Assembly: GCA_964432535.1 (NCBI GenBank)
Contig: CAYSNJ010000008.1
Location: 1,588-65,587, forward strand
Direction of reading: 5' to 3'
From: an uncultured Flavobacteriaceae bacterium
GTDB lineage: Bacteria; Bacteroidota; Bacteroidia; Flavobacteriales; Flavobacteriaceae
DNA: 64,000 nucleotides
Shown: positions 1 to 10,561 of the stretch, in pieces
Numbering within the stretch: the first letter of the stretch is position 1
Layout of the letters: each line of letters begins with the position of its first letter
Translations under genes and position numbers: made by a program
Notes under the pieces: model-generated
Database searches by the model: none
What the model was told of the DNA's origin: nothing
The model's input: only the letters and a program-made list of their open reading frames with translations

Positions 1-186
1 ATTTCCTAAAGGACATCCACTATGGCAAAAGGGAACTCCACAGTCCATGCAACGAGCCCCTTCTTCCTGTAGTTTCTTTTCATCAGGAGCTAACGTGAAT
101 TCTTTATAATTTTTAATTCTTTTTTTTGGAGCCGTAACGTTTTCTTTTAGTCTATCAAACTCGACAAATCCTCTTATTTTACCCAT
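1..186 (-). CDS. gltD: glutamate synthase small subunit, N-terminal fragment (gene continues past window start)
   Basis: Not in the ORF track because there is no stop in the window. My minus-strand translation from ATG 186..184 gives MGKIRGFVEFDRLKENVTAPKKRIKNYKEFTLAPDEKKLQEEGARCMDCGVPFCHSGCPLGN, the Cys-rich N-terminus typical of GltD. It starts 3 nt after the gltB stop. Confidence 0.85.
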   Translation of the reverse strand, partial: MGKIRGFVEFDRLKENVTAPKKRIKNYKEFTLAPDEKKLQEEGARCMDCGVPFCHSGCPLGN

Positions 187-189
187 AAC

Positions 190-3100
190 TTATATAGTTT
201 TTTCGGTCAATTCATTTGACATAATTTCCAATGCACGCTTATAGTCGGTGGGCATTACTTTAATAAAGTTAAATTTTGATTTTGACCAGTTTCTTAATAT
301 TTCTTCAGCTTTAGGACTCTTTGTATATTCAAAATGATTTTTTAATAAATTGAGTACTTCTTTATTATCATCTTTAGTCATGTTTTCTAATTCGATCATT
401 TCTAAATTGAATTTTTTTTCATCAAAAAAATTATCTTTATTATATAGATATGCTATTCCTCCACTCATACCTGCTGCAAAATTTCTCCCAAAATCCCCTA
501 AAATTACAGCAATACCCCCTGTCATATATTCACACCCATGATCCCCAATTCCTTCTACAACTGCTTTCGCTCCTGAATTTCGGACACAAAAACGTTCTCC
601 AGCTATTCCATTTATGTATGCTTCCCCATTTGTTGCTCCATATAAAGAAACATTCCCTACAATTACATTTTCATGAGGAATAAATGTTGCTTCCTTTGGA
701 ACTTTAGCAACTAAGGTGGCTCCAGAAAGCCCCTTTCCAAAATAGTCATTTGCTGTTCCAACTATTTTCATGAAAAGACCTGATACCGAAAATGCTCCAA
801 AACTTTGTCCAGCCGTTCCATTAAAATTAATTTTCAAAGTATCTTTTGGAAGCCCTTTTGCTCCATAAAGTTTTGAGATTTCATTACTTAGTATAGTTCC
901 TACTGTTCGATTTGTGTTCGTGATTGGGAATTTTAAATTCTGATTTATTTTTTTGGTTATGGCATCTTTAGCCTGACTTAGAATCTTAAAATCTAAAACA
1001 TTTTCTAGATTATGATCTTGTGGAATAGTATTTCGTTCTCTGTATCCAGAAGGAACACTCGGTTTGTATAGGATACTTGAGAGATCAATTCCTTTGACTT
1101 TATAATGATTAATAGCCTTATTCATGTTTAGTTTTTGTGATTGGCCAACCATTTCATTAATCGTTCTAAAACCTAATTCTGACATAATTTCTCTTAATTC
1201 TTCCGCAACAAAGTGCATGTAGTTTATCACGTGCTCTGGTTTACCTTTAAAGTTTTTTCTTAATTCAGGATCTTGAGTTGCAATACCGACTGGACAGGTA
1301 TTTAAATGACATGCTCGCATCATTATACATCCTGAAGCTATTAATGGTGCTGTTGAAAACCCAAATTCTTCTGCGCCTAGTAAACATGCGATAGCTACAT
1401 CTCTTCCGGTTTTCATTTGACCATCACATTCAAGTACAATCCTACTTCTTAAATCGTTCATTACTAAAGTCTGTTGTGCCTCAGCTATCCCAAGCTCCCA
1501 AGGAAGGCCAGCATGTTTTAATGATGTAAGAGGCGAGGCACCTGTCCCTCCGTCAAAACCAGAAATAAGTATTACATCTGCCTTAGCTTTTGCAACACCA
1601 GCTGCAATAGTTCCAACTCCGACTTCTGAAACTAACTTTACATTTATCCTAGCAAAACGGTTGGCGTTTTTCAAATCATATATTAACTGAGAAAGATCTT
1701 CTATAGAATATATGTCATGATGTGGAGGTGGAGAAATTAATCCAACGTATGGAGTTGAATTTCTTACAGATGCAATGTAAGGGTTGACCTTTTGTCCTGG
1801 AAGCTGGCCACCTTCTCCAGGCTTTGCTCCTTGAGCCATTTTTATTTGGATTTCTTGGGCTGAACTTAAGAAATGACTGGATACACCAAACCTGCCAGAA
1901 GCAACTTGTTTTATGGCAGAGTTTTTAAGGTTTCCATTTCTATCAGGTTTAAATCGTTTAGAGTCCTCACCGCCTTCACCAGAATTACTCTTCCCTCCAA
2001 TTTTATTCATTGCAATTGCCAAGTTTTCGTGTGCTTCTTGACTTATTGATCCAAGTGACATTGCTCCAGTTTTGAAACGTTTCACTATTTCGGTCCAAGA
2101 TTCAACTTGGTCGATAGGTATTGGGTCAAAACTTGAAAACTCAAATAGACCCCTTATGGTCATTAATCTTTCGTTTTGATTATTAATCATTTTTGAGAAA
2201 GATTTATAACTTTTCGGATCTTCTTGTCGTACTGCTTTTTGAAGACTTGAAATAGTTAAAGGGTTTACGGAATGTGCCTCCCCATCTCTTCTCCATCTAT
2301 AATCCCCCCCGATTTCCAAAGGGAGTCCAGTTTTTAATTGATGATTGTATGCTTTATAATGTTTTGATCTTATTTCTTTTTCAATTTCATAGAGCCCTAT
2401 TCCTTGAATTCTGGTAGCAGTATTACAAAAAAATCGATCTATAAACTTTTCAGATAAACCTAATGCTTCAAAAATCTGAGCTCCCCTATATGAATGAAGA
2501 GTAGATATTCCTATTTTGTTCATAATTTTTACAATTCCAGTCGCAATAGCTTTATTAAAATTAATTATAGCTTTTTCAGGTTTAATACTAATAGCCCCTT
2601 TAGAAGTTTGGTTAATGATAATTTCATTTACCATAAAAGGATTAATTGCACTAGCACCATACCCAAATAATAAAGCAAAATGATGGGGTTCTCTTGGTTC
2701 AGCAGATTCGATAATTATCCCAAATTTAGAACGTTTTTTTAATCTTTTAAAAGCGTTATGAACGTGAGCTGTGGCTAGCAAAACAGGTATTGGAGCTAAT
2801 TTTTTTGAGACTCCTCTATCAGAGAGAATAATAATATTTACACCCTTATTCAATTCATTTTCTATATTTTTTACAATTAAACCTAAAGCATCTTCTAGAC
2901 CATTTAATCCTGAAATAATATCATATAATATTGACACTGTAAAACTTTTAAAATGAACATTTTTAATAAACTTTATTTTATCCAAATCTTCATTTGAAAT
3001 AATGGGATTTTGAATCCTAAGTTTTTTTGAATGATTAGATGTAATATTAAATAAGTTGAATTCATTACCTATTGTTAAACTGGTATCTGTGACTATTTCT

Positions 3101-4692
3101 TCTCTTATTCCGTCTAATGGTGGGTTAGTTACTTGAGCAAATAATTGTTTAAAGTAGTTGAAAAGTAATTGTGGTTTTTCAGACAGAACAGCAAGTGGAG
3201 TGTCAGTCCCCATGGACCCAATAGCTTCTTTTGCCAACTTACTCATAGGTATTATTATAGTCTTAATGTCTTCAAGTGTATAACCAAACATTCTCATTCT
3301 GGTTTCAAAACACTCATTTTCTTTTGGAGTTTTATTACCAGTGTATGGAATATTTTTTAAGGTTAGTAGGTTTTCATTAAGCCATTTTTGGTATGGATGC
3401 TTTTTTGATATTTCTTTTTTAATTTCTTCATCTTTAATTATGCGTCCTGAATCCATATCTACTAAAAACATTTTTCCAGGCTCTAGTCTTCCATGGTGTT
3501 CAACATTTTTTGGAGGAATATCAAGAACTCCAGTTTCAGATGACATAACTACATAGCCATCTTTTGTAACAGAGTATCGAGAGGGTCTTAATCCGTTTCT
3601 GTCTAAAACAGCTCCAATAAACTTTCCGTCAGTAAATGGAATAGAAGCTGGACCATCCCATGGCTCCATTATACAAGAATTGTATTTGTAAAAAGCCTTT
3701 TTTTCTTTATCCATTGATAGATGTTTTTCCCAAGCTTCAGGAACTAGAATCATCATCACTTCAGGTAATGATCTACCTGTTGCTAACAGGAGTTCAACTA
3801 CCATATCCATTGATGCAGAATCAGATTTTCCAGGTAGAATAATTGGTATAATTTTCTTTATCTCAGAACCAAAAAGAGGACTATCTAGAAGCTCTTCTCT
3901 TGTTTGCATTCGACTATAATTTCCTTTAAATGTATTTATTTCTCCATTATGACACATATATCTAAATGGCTGAGCTAAATCCCAAGTAGGGAATGTGTTT
4001 GTTGAGAATCGCTGGTGAACCAAAGCTAGTCTAGTTATAAAGCTTGATTCAGATAAATCTGTGAAATAAGCTTTTATATCCTCAGGAATCAATAATCCTT
4101 TATAAATTATTGTATGTAATGATAAACTTGAAACATAAAAATATTTAGCCTGTGAAAGTTTTGAGTTCAAAATTGTATGTTCAGATATTTTTCTAGCAAT
4201 AAATAGTTTTATATTAAACTCATGTTCAGATATTTCTAATCTATTTTTTCCAATAAATACCTGCATTATATAAGGTTCAGTCTGAGCTGCTATTTTCCCA
4301 ATAATATTTCTATTAACAGGAACCTTCCTCCATCCTAAAATTTTTAATTTTTGTTTTTTTATTTCTGATTCTAGTACACCAATACAATAGGTTCTTTGGT
4401 TTTCTTTTTGAGGTAAAAAAACCATACCAACGGCATATTCTTTTTCATTAGGCAATTCAAAACTGCATTTAGTATTAAAAAAATCATGTGGAATTTCAAT
4501 TAATATTCCAGCTCCATCTCCAGTTTTTCCATCTGAACTAACTGCTCCACGATGTTCAAGTTTACATAGGATATTAAGAGCTTTGTGGATTATATTATTT
4601 GTTTTTTTTCCTTGAAGACTACAAATAAATCCGGCACCACAGTTGTCATGTTCAAATTCAGGATTGTACAGTCCTTGTTTTTTGGGAAACAT
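190..4692 (-). CDS. gltB: glutamate synthase large subunit
   Basis: 1500-aa ORF. The N-terminus has ...EHDNCGAGF (amidotransferase Cys), and the central FMN/Fe-S region and C-terminal glycine-rich region are typical of GltB. gltD lies immediately downstream. Confidence 0.95.
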   Translation of the reverse strand: MFPKKQGLYNPEFEHDNCGAGFICSLQGKKTNNIIHKALNILCKLEHRGAVSSDGKTGDGAGILIEIPHDFFNTKCSFELPNEKEYAVGMVFLPQKENQRTYCIGVLESEIKKQKLKILGWRKVPVNRNIIGKIAAQTEPYIMQVFIGKNRLEISEHEFNIKLFIARKISEHTILNSKLSQAKYFYVSSLSLHTIIYKGLLIPEDIKAYFTDLSESSFITRLALVHQRFSTNTFPTWDLAQPFRYMCHNGEINTFKGNYSRMQTREELLDSPLFGSEIKKIIPIILPGKSDSASMDMVVELLLATGRSLPEVMMILVPEAWEKHLSMDKEKKAFYKYNSCIMEPWDGPASIPFTDGKFIGAVLDRNGLRPSRYSVTKDGYVVMSSETGVLDIPPKNVEHHGRLEPGKMFLVDMDSGRIIKDEEIKKEISKKHPYQKWLNENLLTLKNIPYTGNKTPKENECFETRMRMFGYTLEDIKTIIIPMSKLAKEAIGSMGTDTPLAVLSEKPQLLFNYFKQLFAQVTNPPLDGIREEIVTDTSLTIGNEFNLFNITSNHSKKLRIQNPIISNEDLDKIKFIKNVHFKSFTVSILYDIISGLNGLEDALGLIVKNIENELNKGVNIIILSDRGVSKKLAPIPVLLATAHVHNAFKRLKKRSKFGIIIESAEPREPHHFALLFGYGASAINPFMVNEIIINQTSKGAISIKPEKAIINFNKAIATGIVKIMNKIGISTLHSYRGAQIFEALGLSEKFIDRFFCNTATRIQGIGLYEIEKEIRSKHYKAYNHQLKTGLPLEIGGDYRWRRDGEAHSVNPLTISSLQKAVRQEDPKSYKSFSKMINNQNERLMTIRGLFEFSSFDPIPIDQVESWTEIVKRFKTGAMSLGSISQEAHENLAIAMNKIGGKSNSGEGGEDSKRFKPDRNGNLKNSAIKQVASGRFGVSSHFLSSAQEIQIKMAQGAKPGEGGQLPGQKVNPYIASVRNSTPYVGLISPPPHHDIYSIEDLSQLIYDLKNANRFARINVKLVSEVGVGTIAAGVAKAKADVILISGFDGGTGASPLTSLKHAGLPWELGIAEAQQTLVMNDLRSRIVLECDGQMKTGRDVAIACLLGAEEFGFSTAPLIASGCIMMRACHLNTCPVGIATQDPELRKNFKGKPEHVINYMHFVAEELREIMSELGFRTINEMVGQSQKLNMNKAINHYKVKGIDLSSILYKPSVPSGYRERNTIPQDHNLENVLDFKILSQAKDAITKKINQNLKFPITNTNRTVGTILSNEISKLYGAKGLPKDTLKINFNGTAGQSFGAFSVSGLFMKIVGTANDYFGKGLSGATLVAKVPKEATFIPHENVIVGNVSLYGATNGEAYINGIAGERFCVRNSGAKAVVEGIGDHGCEYMTGGIAVILGDFGRNFAAGMSGGIAYLYNKDNFFDEKKFNLEMIELENMTKDDNKEVLNLLKNHFEYTKSPKAEEILRNWSKSKFNFIKVMPTDYKRALEIMSNELTEKTI

Positions 4693-4770
4693 ATATTTAT
4701 TTACTTGGTTTTTACTAAATTAGTGTTTGGTAGGCCTTAATCTTCGAAAAGCTAACAAACATTGTTACTT

Positions 4771-4788
4771 AATAATAATAATAATAAT
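4771..4788. repeat. (AAT)6 trinucleotide microsatellite in the gltB/anmK divergent intergenic region
   Basis: Read directly: aataataataataataat. Confidence 0.9.
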
Positions 4789-4852
4789 TTTATCCTTTAT
4801 AAATATTAATTTAGCATTATAGTGTACGACTTTTTAAATACTTGATAATTCA

Positions 4853-5923
4853 ATGATTATGAAAAAAGACAGATTTAGAATTATAGGAGTGATGTCAGGA
4901 ACTTCTCTAGATGGTATTGATCTTGCACTAATCGATTTTAATACTAAATCTTGGGACTATAATATAATAGAATCAACAACCATACCTTATTCAGAAAAGT
5001 GGATTAAAACTTTATTAAATATTTATAATTTAGATATTGAAAATATTTATAAAATTGATAAGAACTATACTCGGTATTTGGGTGAAATAATTAATGATTT
5101 TATTAAAAAAAATAAGATTACAAATATTGATTTAGTTAGTTCACATGGTCATACTGCAAAGCATGTTCCAGAAGATAAGGTCACCTACCAATTGGGGAAC
5201 CTCTCATCCATAAACTATCTATTTAACCTTAAAACAATATGTGATTTTCGAACACAGGACGTTAAATTAAACGGTCAAGGTGCTCCACTTGTTCCAATAG
5301 GAGATAAAATATTATTTTCAGACTACGATGTGTGTTTAAACCTTGGAGGTTTTGCAAATATATCGAGAGAATTTAAAGGAAAGAGAATAGCTTTTGATGT
5401 TTGCTCAGTCAATCTAGTCTTTAATTATTTGGCACAAATGAAGTTTATGCAATATGATAAAAACGGAGAATTAGCAAGGTCAGGTGTCTTAATAAAAAGT
5501 ATGTATAATAAACTCAATCAAATTGATTTTTATAATTTATCATTTCCTAAATCTTTGGGTGTAGAGTGGAATGTTAACGAGATTTATCCAATAATTGACG
5601 AAGAGCTAAAAATAAGTAGTTTAGAAGATGTGACTCATACTTATTTAATGCACGTTGTATTAAAAATAAGTGATTGTTTGAAATTTGATGATAAGGTTTT
5701 AGTAACCGGGGGGGGAGCTCTTAATAAATTTCTAATTAAAACTTTAAAATCTAAAACTAAGGCTCAAATAGTAATTCCATCAGTGGATTTAATAAATTAC
5801 AAGGAAGCTTTGATTTTTGGACTTATTGGTTTACTTAGATTTTTAAAAATAAATAATTGTCTGTCATCAGTTACAGGTGCTTATAGAGACCATTGTTCGG
5901 GAAAGATAATTGAGGCTAAATAA
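4853..5923 (+). CDS. anmK: anhydro-N-acetylmuramic acid kinase
   Basis: 356 aa. The N-terminal GVMSGTSLDGIDLALIDF motif and overall length are typical of AnmK. Confidence 0.85.
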   Translation: MIMKKDRFRIIGVMSGTSLDGIDLALIDFNTKSWDYNIIESTTIPYSEKWIKTLLNIYNLDIENIYKIDKNYTRYLGEIINDFIKKNKITNIDLVSSHGHTAKHVPEDKVTYQLGNLSSINYLFNLKTICDFRTQDVKLNGQGAPLVPIGDKILFSDYDVCLNLGGFANISREFKGKRIAFDVCSVNLVFNYLAQMKFMQYDKNGELARSGVLIKSMYNKLNQIDFYNLSFPKSLGVEWNVNEIYPIIDEELKISSLEDVTHTYLMHVVLKISDCLKFDDKVLVTGGGALNKFLIKTLKSKTKAQIVIPSVDLINYKEALIFGLIGLLRFLKINNCLSSVTGAYRDHCSGKIIEAK

Positions 5924-6003
5924 AGACACCATTGTTATATTTTATACATTAGTGGACTCTAAGTTTAAAATATTTTGTGTTGTAGTTTAAATTAAAAACA
6001 GGT

Positions 6004-7332
6004 ATGGAAAGTATTGTAGTAATTATTTTTATTCTTGGCTACTTATTGATAACACTTGAGCATAATCTAAAAATTGACAAGTTAATCCCAGCTCTAGCAA
6101 TGATGGCCTTTTTGTGGGCAATTATATCTTTATGGCATCTGCCGGTTTTTGATGTTAACACAAATTTAAGGCAGTTAGAACCAACGCATATTGATGAGGC
6201 TTTATTACATCATCTTGGTAAAACAGCTGAGATAATTATTTTTCTTCTTGGAGCTATGACTATTGTTGAGATAATTGATTATTTCAATGGTTTTTTCACA
6301 ATTAAAACTTTTATCAAAACAAAAAGTAAAAAAAAGCTTTTATGGATTTTTGCATTTTTAGCTTTTGTTTTATCTGCCATAATTGATAATCTAACAGCAA
6401 CCATAGTTTTAATAACCATACTTCAAAAAATTGTTCATGATCGTAATTCAAGACTTTGGTTTGCGGGATTAATAATTATTGCTGCCAATGCCGGTGGAGC
6501 TTGGTCTCCAATTGGAGATGTTACAACAACAATGCTATGGATTGGAAATAAGGTTACAACACTTAAACTTGTGGGGTATTTATTAATTCCTTCTCTAGTT
6601 TGTATTTTAGTCCCCGTGATAATAGCTTCGATGCTCCCTGCTTTTAAGGGCAAAAATATAGTTAATGATGATGACAAAGAGGTTATTTCCCATCCAAAAG
6701 GAGCTATTATGCTTTATATAGGTCTTGCTGCAATTGTCTTTGTTCCTGTTTTTAAAACTATTACACAACTACCCCCCTATGTCGGTATGATGCTTTCTCT
6801 AGCTGTAGTTGCAACATTTGCCGAAATATTTAGTAATGCAAAAATCAATATTACTTCAATTGATGAGGAAAGTGACGCAAATTCAAGTCACAGCCCAGTT
6901 CATAGCTCCTTATCAAAAATTGAATTACCAAGTATCCTTTTTTTCTTAGGAATATTGTTGTCTGTTGCTGCACTTGAATCTTTAGGTATTTTATTTGAAT
7001 TTGCAGGAACACTAAACACTCTAATTCCAAATACAGATATTGTTGTAATTTTATTTGGTTTTGGTTCAGCTGTTATTGATAATGTTCCTTTAGTAGCTGC
7101 AAGTATGGGGATGTTTTCAGAGCCAATAGATAATCCGCTGTGGCATTTTATTGCATTTTCAGCTGGAACAGGAGGAAGTATGTTGATAATTGGTTCTGCA
7201 GCTGGAGTAGTTGCAATGGGGATGGAAAAAATTGATTTTTTCTGGTATTTAAAAAATATTTCATGGCTGGCTTTATTAGGTTTTTTATCTGGATCATTCA
7301 CTTTTATTTTATTACGTAATTTTGTAGCTTAA
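6004..7332 (+). CDS. nhaD: NhaD/ArsB-superfamily Na+/H+ antiporter
   Basis: 442-aa polytopic membrane protein. Its length and hydrophobic pattern resemble NhaD-type antiporters. Family-level call only. Confidence 0.65.
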   Translation: MESIVVIIFILGYLLITLEHNLKIDKLIPALAMMAFLWAIISLWHLPVFDVNTNLRQLEPTHIDEALLHHLGKTAEIIIFLLGAMTIVEIIDYFNGFFTIKTFIKTKSKKKLLWIFAFLAFVLSAIIDNLTATIVLITILQKIVHDRNSRLWFAGLIIIAANAGGAWSPIGDVTTTMLWIGNKVTTLKLVGYLLIPSLVCILVPVIIASMLPAFKGKNIVNDDDKEVISHPKGAIMLYIGLAAIVFVPVFKTITQLPPYVGMMLSLAVVATFAEIFSNAKINITSIDEESDANSSHSPVHSSLSKIELPSILFFLGILLSVAALESLGILFEFAGTLNTLIPNTDIVVILFGFGSAVIDNVPLVAASMGMFSEPIDNPLWHFIAFSAGTGGSMLIIGSAAGVVAMGMEKIDFFWYLKNISWLALLGFLSGSFTFILLRNFVA

Positions 7333-7379
7333 AAAAATTTTAAATCATTTTTTAGTTATTAATAATATTCAAAACACAC

Positions 7380-8051
7380 ATGCTTATTTTTCAAGAGTCT
7401 CCTGCTTTACAAACTGAAAAAACAATTTCAATAATTGAACTAATTGAAAATGGTGGAATAGGTGGAATGCTAATAATAGGTATTCTTTTTGTACTACTGA
7501 CAATTGTTATTTATATCTACTTTGAAAGGTTGTTTGCTATTAGAGCTGCAACAATAGTTGAGAAAAAATTTATGCCTGAAATTAGAACTCATGTTTTAGG
7601 TGGGGAAATTGAAAAAGCAAAAATTTTATGTCAATCTTATGATAATCCAGTCGCAAGATTATTGGAAAAAGGTGTATCTAGAATAGGTCGTCCACTTGAA
7701 GATATTAATTCTGCACTAGAAAATGCTGGAAGAATTGAGGTTTATAAACTTGAAAAAAACGTCAGTATATTGGCGACAATTGCAGGAGTTGCCCCAATGA
7801 TTGGTTTTTTAGGTACTGTGATTGGAATGATACTTTCTATTTTTGAAATATCAACAGCAGGAGGAAATATTGACATGCAACTTCTTTCAAATGGACTTTA
7901 TACAGCAATGACGACAACAGTTGCCGGATTGATTGTTGGGATTATAAGTTACATATCGTATAATCACCTTGTTGTAAAAACAAACAAAGTTGTATATCAA
8001 ATGGAAACCACGTCATTGGATTTCTTTGATTTATTAAATGAGCCAACATAA
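7380..8051 (+). CDS. exbB: MotA/TolQ/ExbB proton-channel protein
   Basis: 223 aa with a three-TM pattern and a conserved C-terminal ...LATIAGVAPMIGFLGTVIGM... segment. An ExbD-like gene follows. Confidence 0.85.
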   Translation: MLIFQESPALQTEKTISIIELIENGGIGGMLIIGILFVLLTIVIYIYFERLFAIRAATIVEKKFMPEIRTHVLGGEIEKAKILCQSYDNPVARLLEKGVSRIGRPLEDINSALENAGRIEVYKLEKNVSILATIAGVAPMIGFLGTVIGMILSIFEISTAGGNIDMQLLSNGLYTAMTTTVAGLIVGIISYISYNHLVVKTNKVVYQMETTSLDFFDLLNEPT

Positions 8052-8054
8052 CTA

Positions 8055-8450
8055 ATGAATTTTAAAGGAAGAAATAAGATTAGCCCCGAGTTCAATATGT
8101 CTTCAATGACTGATATAGTTTTTTTACTTTTAATCTTCTTCATGATTGCATCAACCTTGTCTAAACAGCTAGATACAATAAGTGTAGAGCTTCCAAAAGC
8201 AAAGGGAAAAACCGAAAATAGAAAATCAGTTGCGGTTACTATTTCTTCTTCAAGTATTTTTTATGTTGATGATCAAATTGTGAATAAAAATAATTTAAAA
8301 GAAAATATCATAAAACAAATGGATGGAATTAAACCTCCATCTATTGTCTTAAGAACAGCAAAAAATGTTCCTATAGATGAAGTTGTTCATGTTATGAATA
8401 TTGCCAATCAAAATAGTATAAAAGTTATTTTGGCTGTTGACGCCAATTAA
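8055..8450 (+). CDS. exbD: biopolymer transport protein ExbD/TolR
   Basis: 131 aa with the N-terminal NMSSMTDIVFLLLIFFM single-TM signature of ExbD/TolR. Confidence 0.85.
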   Translation: MNFKGRNKISPEFNMSSMTDIVFLLLIFFMIASTLSKQLDTISVELPKAKGKTENRKSVAVTISSSSIFYVDDQIVNKNNLKENIIKQMDGIKPPSIVLRTAKNVPIDEVVHVMNIANQNSIKVILAVDAN

Positions 8451-8455
8451 GTAGA

Positions 8456-9298
8456 ATGAATTTTTTAAAGACACGACACGAACAAAAATCTTTTTTAATT
8501 ACCATTCTCATGGTAGTACTAATATTATTTTTATTTTCTTTTGTTGGTCTTAAATACATTGATCCTCCAATTGAATACGGAATGGAGATTAATTTTGGTT
8601 CTAGTGACCTAGGTAAAGGATTGAGTTTGAAGAGTGAAAAAGATAATGATTCCATGACTGATGAGGTTGATATTTCAGAAGAAGTCATCAGTCCAAATGA
8701 GCCAACTTTATCAGAAACTCTTCCTACAAAAGTTATAACACAAAAAAATAGTAATTCTGAGGTTGTTGATAAGATAAATGCAGATTCATTAATTACAATT
8801 GATAAAAAAACTGAAAATAAAATTTCACAAAATAATATAGAGATTGTAAAACCAAAAGTTAGTGATGTAACAAAGTCAATTATTTCGAACTTAACAAATT
8901 CTAAAAGTGATTCAGAAAATCCACAAGGGCAAGGAGAAACTAAGGGTTTGTCTGACCAAGGAAAATCAGAAGGGGATCCATATTCAACTATTTACTATGG
9001 ACAGGAGGGGCGAGGTGGTCAAGGCGTTGGTTATGGTTTAAGCGGAAGAAGTCTTCAGGTAAATGGAAAGGAAACACAGGATTGTAATGAATCAGGAGTT
9101 GTTGTAGTTAGAATAGTAGTAAATAAACTAGGTGAAGTAACTTCTGCGGAACCTGGAGTAAAAGGAACTACAAATAATGATCCTTGCCTTATAATTCCTG
9201 CAAAAAATACGGCATTAATGCACAAATGGTATCCTGATGAAAATGCGCCTGAAAAGCAAATTGGTTTTGTTGTTATTGAATTTAAACTGGTTGAGTAA
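8456..9298 (+). CDS. TonB-like energy transducer (N-terminal TM, low-complexity linker, C-terminal TonB-type domain)
   Basis: 280 aa. Architecture and position directly after exbB-exbD fit TonB. The C-terminal ...GVVVVRIVVNKLGEVTSAEPG... region is TonB-C-like. Confidence 0.65.
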   Translation: MNFLKTRHEQKSFLITILMVVLILFLFSFVGLKYIDPPIEYGMEINFGSSDLGKGLSLKSEKDNDSMTDEVDISEEVISPNEPTLSETLPTKVITQKNSNSEVVDKINADSLITIDKKTENKISQNNIEIVKPKVSDVTKSIISNLTNSKSDSENPQGQGETKGLSDQGKSEGDPYSTIYYGQEGRGGQGVGYGLSGRSLQVNGKETQDCNESGVVVVRIVVNKLGEVTSAEPGVKGTTNNDPCLIIPAKNTALMHKWYPDENAPEKQIGFVVIEFKLVE

Positions 9299-9301
9299 TT
9301 A

Positions 9302-10513
9302 ATGGATTCATATTCACAAGTATTAAGGTTTTTGTTTAGCCAACTTCCAAATTATCAAAAACAGGGTGGGACTGCATTAAAGCTAAATCTTTTGAATATT
9401 GAGTCTTTTATAAAAAGGTTAAAAAATCCTCATGAAAAGATTAAAACAATTCATGTTGCTGGAACTAATGGAAAAGGTAGCGTGTCTCATATAATAGCAT
9501 CAATATTACAATCTAAAGGATTAAAAGTTGGGATTTATTCCTCTCCACATCTCGTTGATTTTAGGGAAAGAATTAAAATCAATGGAGAGTATATTAACCA
9601 AAAATATATTTTAGATTTTGTTAATTTTCATTATGATTTTATGACTTCTAAAGCACTTTCTTTTTTTGAAATGACCGTAGGTCTTGCTTTTGACTATTTC
9701 AGCAACCAGAAAGTAGATATAGCTATTATAGAAGTAGGTATGGGTGGAAGACTTGATGCAACTAATATTATAAAACCTGAGATCTCTGTCATAACCAATA
9801 TAGGAATTGATCATACAGAGTTTTTAGGAAATAGTATTTCTAAAATAGCTAAAGAAAAAGCGGGAATTATAAAAAAAGGTATTCCCGTTTTAATTGGAGA
9901 GCATAACGATGAAACCGCCCCAATTTTTTTCAAAAAGGCTGAAAGTCTTGGATCTAAAATAATATTTATTGAAGATTCAATTAATAAATTTAAAAGTGAT
10001 TTATCTTCTCTATATCAACAAAAAAATATAAATACTGCCATCAATGCCGTCAAGCTACTTCCAGATTTTAAAATATCTAATATTGAAATTGAATCAGCTA
10101 TTTTAGAAGTTAAAAAATCTACAAGATTTATTGGAAGATGGGATATGATTGCAGTAAGTCCAAAAATATTTGCAGATGTAACTCATAACACCGACGGATT
10201 TAAATTTATGATAAAGCAATTGAAAGAGGAAAGTTATAATAAACTTCATTTAGTTTTAGGTTTTGTAAAAGAAAAAGATGTAAAAACAATTTTAAAACTG
10301 TTACCGTTTGATGCTAATTATTACTTATGCTCTCCTTCAATTGATCGTGCTATGTCGTTATCGAAATTATCAAATGTAGCCAAGGGTTTGGGGATTAGTT
10401 ACACATCTCATACTTCAGTTAAAAATGCCTTATTTGCAGCCAAACAAAGTTCAAATCCGGAAGATTTAATTGTAGTATCAGGAAGCACGTTTGTTGTTGC
10501 AGAGATAATGTAA
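9302..10513 (+). CDS. folC: bifunctional folylpolyglutamate synthase / dihydrofolate synthase
   Basis: 403 aa with the Mur-ligase P-loop HVAGTNGKGS and the FolC length. Confidence 0.9.
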   Translation: MDSYSQVLRFLFSQLPNYQKQGGTALKLNLLNIESFIKRLKNPHEKIKTIHVAGTNGKGSVSHIIASILQSKGLKVGIYSSPHLVDFRERIKINGEYINQKYILDFVNFHYDFMTSKALSFFEMTVGLAFDYFSNQKVDIAIIEVGMGGRLDATNIIKPEISVITNIGIDHTEFLGNSISKIAKEKAGIIKKGIPVLIGEHNDETAPIFFKKAESLGSKIIFIEDSINKFKSDLSSLYQQKNINTAINAVKLLPDFKISNIEIESAILEVKKSTRFIGRWDMIAVSPKIFADVTHNTDGFKFMIKQLKEESYNKLHLVLGFVKEKDVKTILKLLPFDANYYLCSPSIDRAMSLSKLSNVAKGLGISYTSHTSVKNALFAAKQSSNPEDLIVVSGSTFVVAEIM

Positions 10514-10521
10514 AATAAATC

Positions 10522-10552
10522 TTTGTCAAACCAAAAATCTCTTCTATATTTG
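10522..10552 (+). promoter_or_regulatory. Bacteroidota-type sigmaA promoter for tRNA-Val
   Basis: -33 TTTG at 10522-10525, a 19-nt spacer, then -7 TATATTTG at 10545-10552 (matches TAnnTTTG). It ends 9 nt before the tRNA 5' end. Confidence 0.6.
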
Positions 10553-10561
10553 CGAATTAGC

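Noticed and set aside
350-3842. Several plus-strand ORFs (60-77 aa) within gltB
   Set aside because: They are antisense to a 1500-aa conserved CDS and their peptides have no recognisable features. They are typical shadow ORFs.
6435-7301. Minus-strand ORFs of 80 and 133 aa inside the NhaD-like gene
   Set aside because: They are shadow ORFs opposite a hydrophobic membrane protein gene, with no independent start or promoter context.
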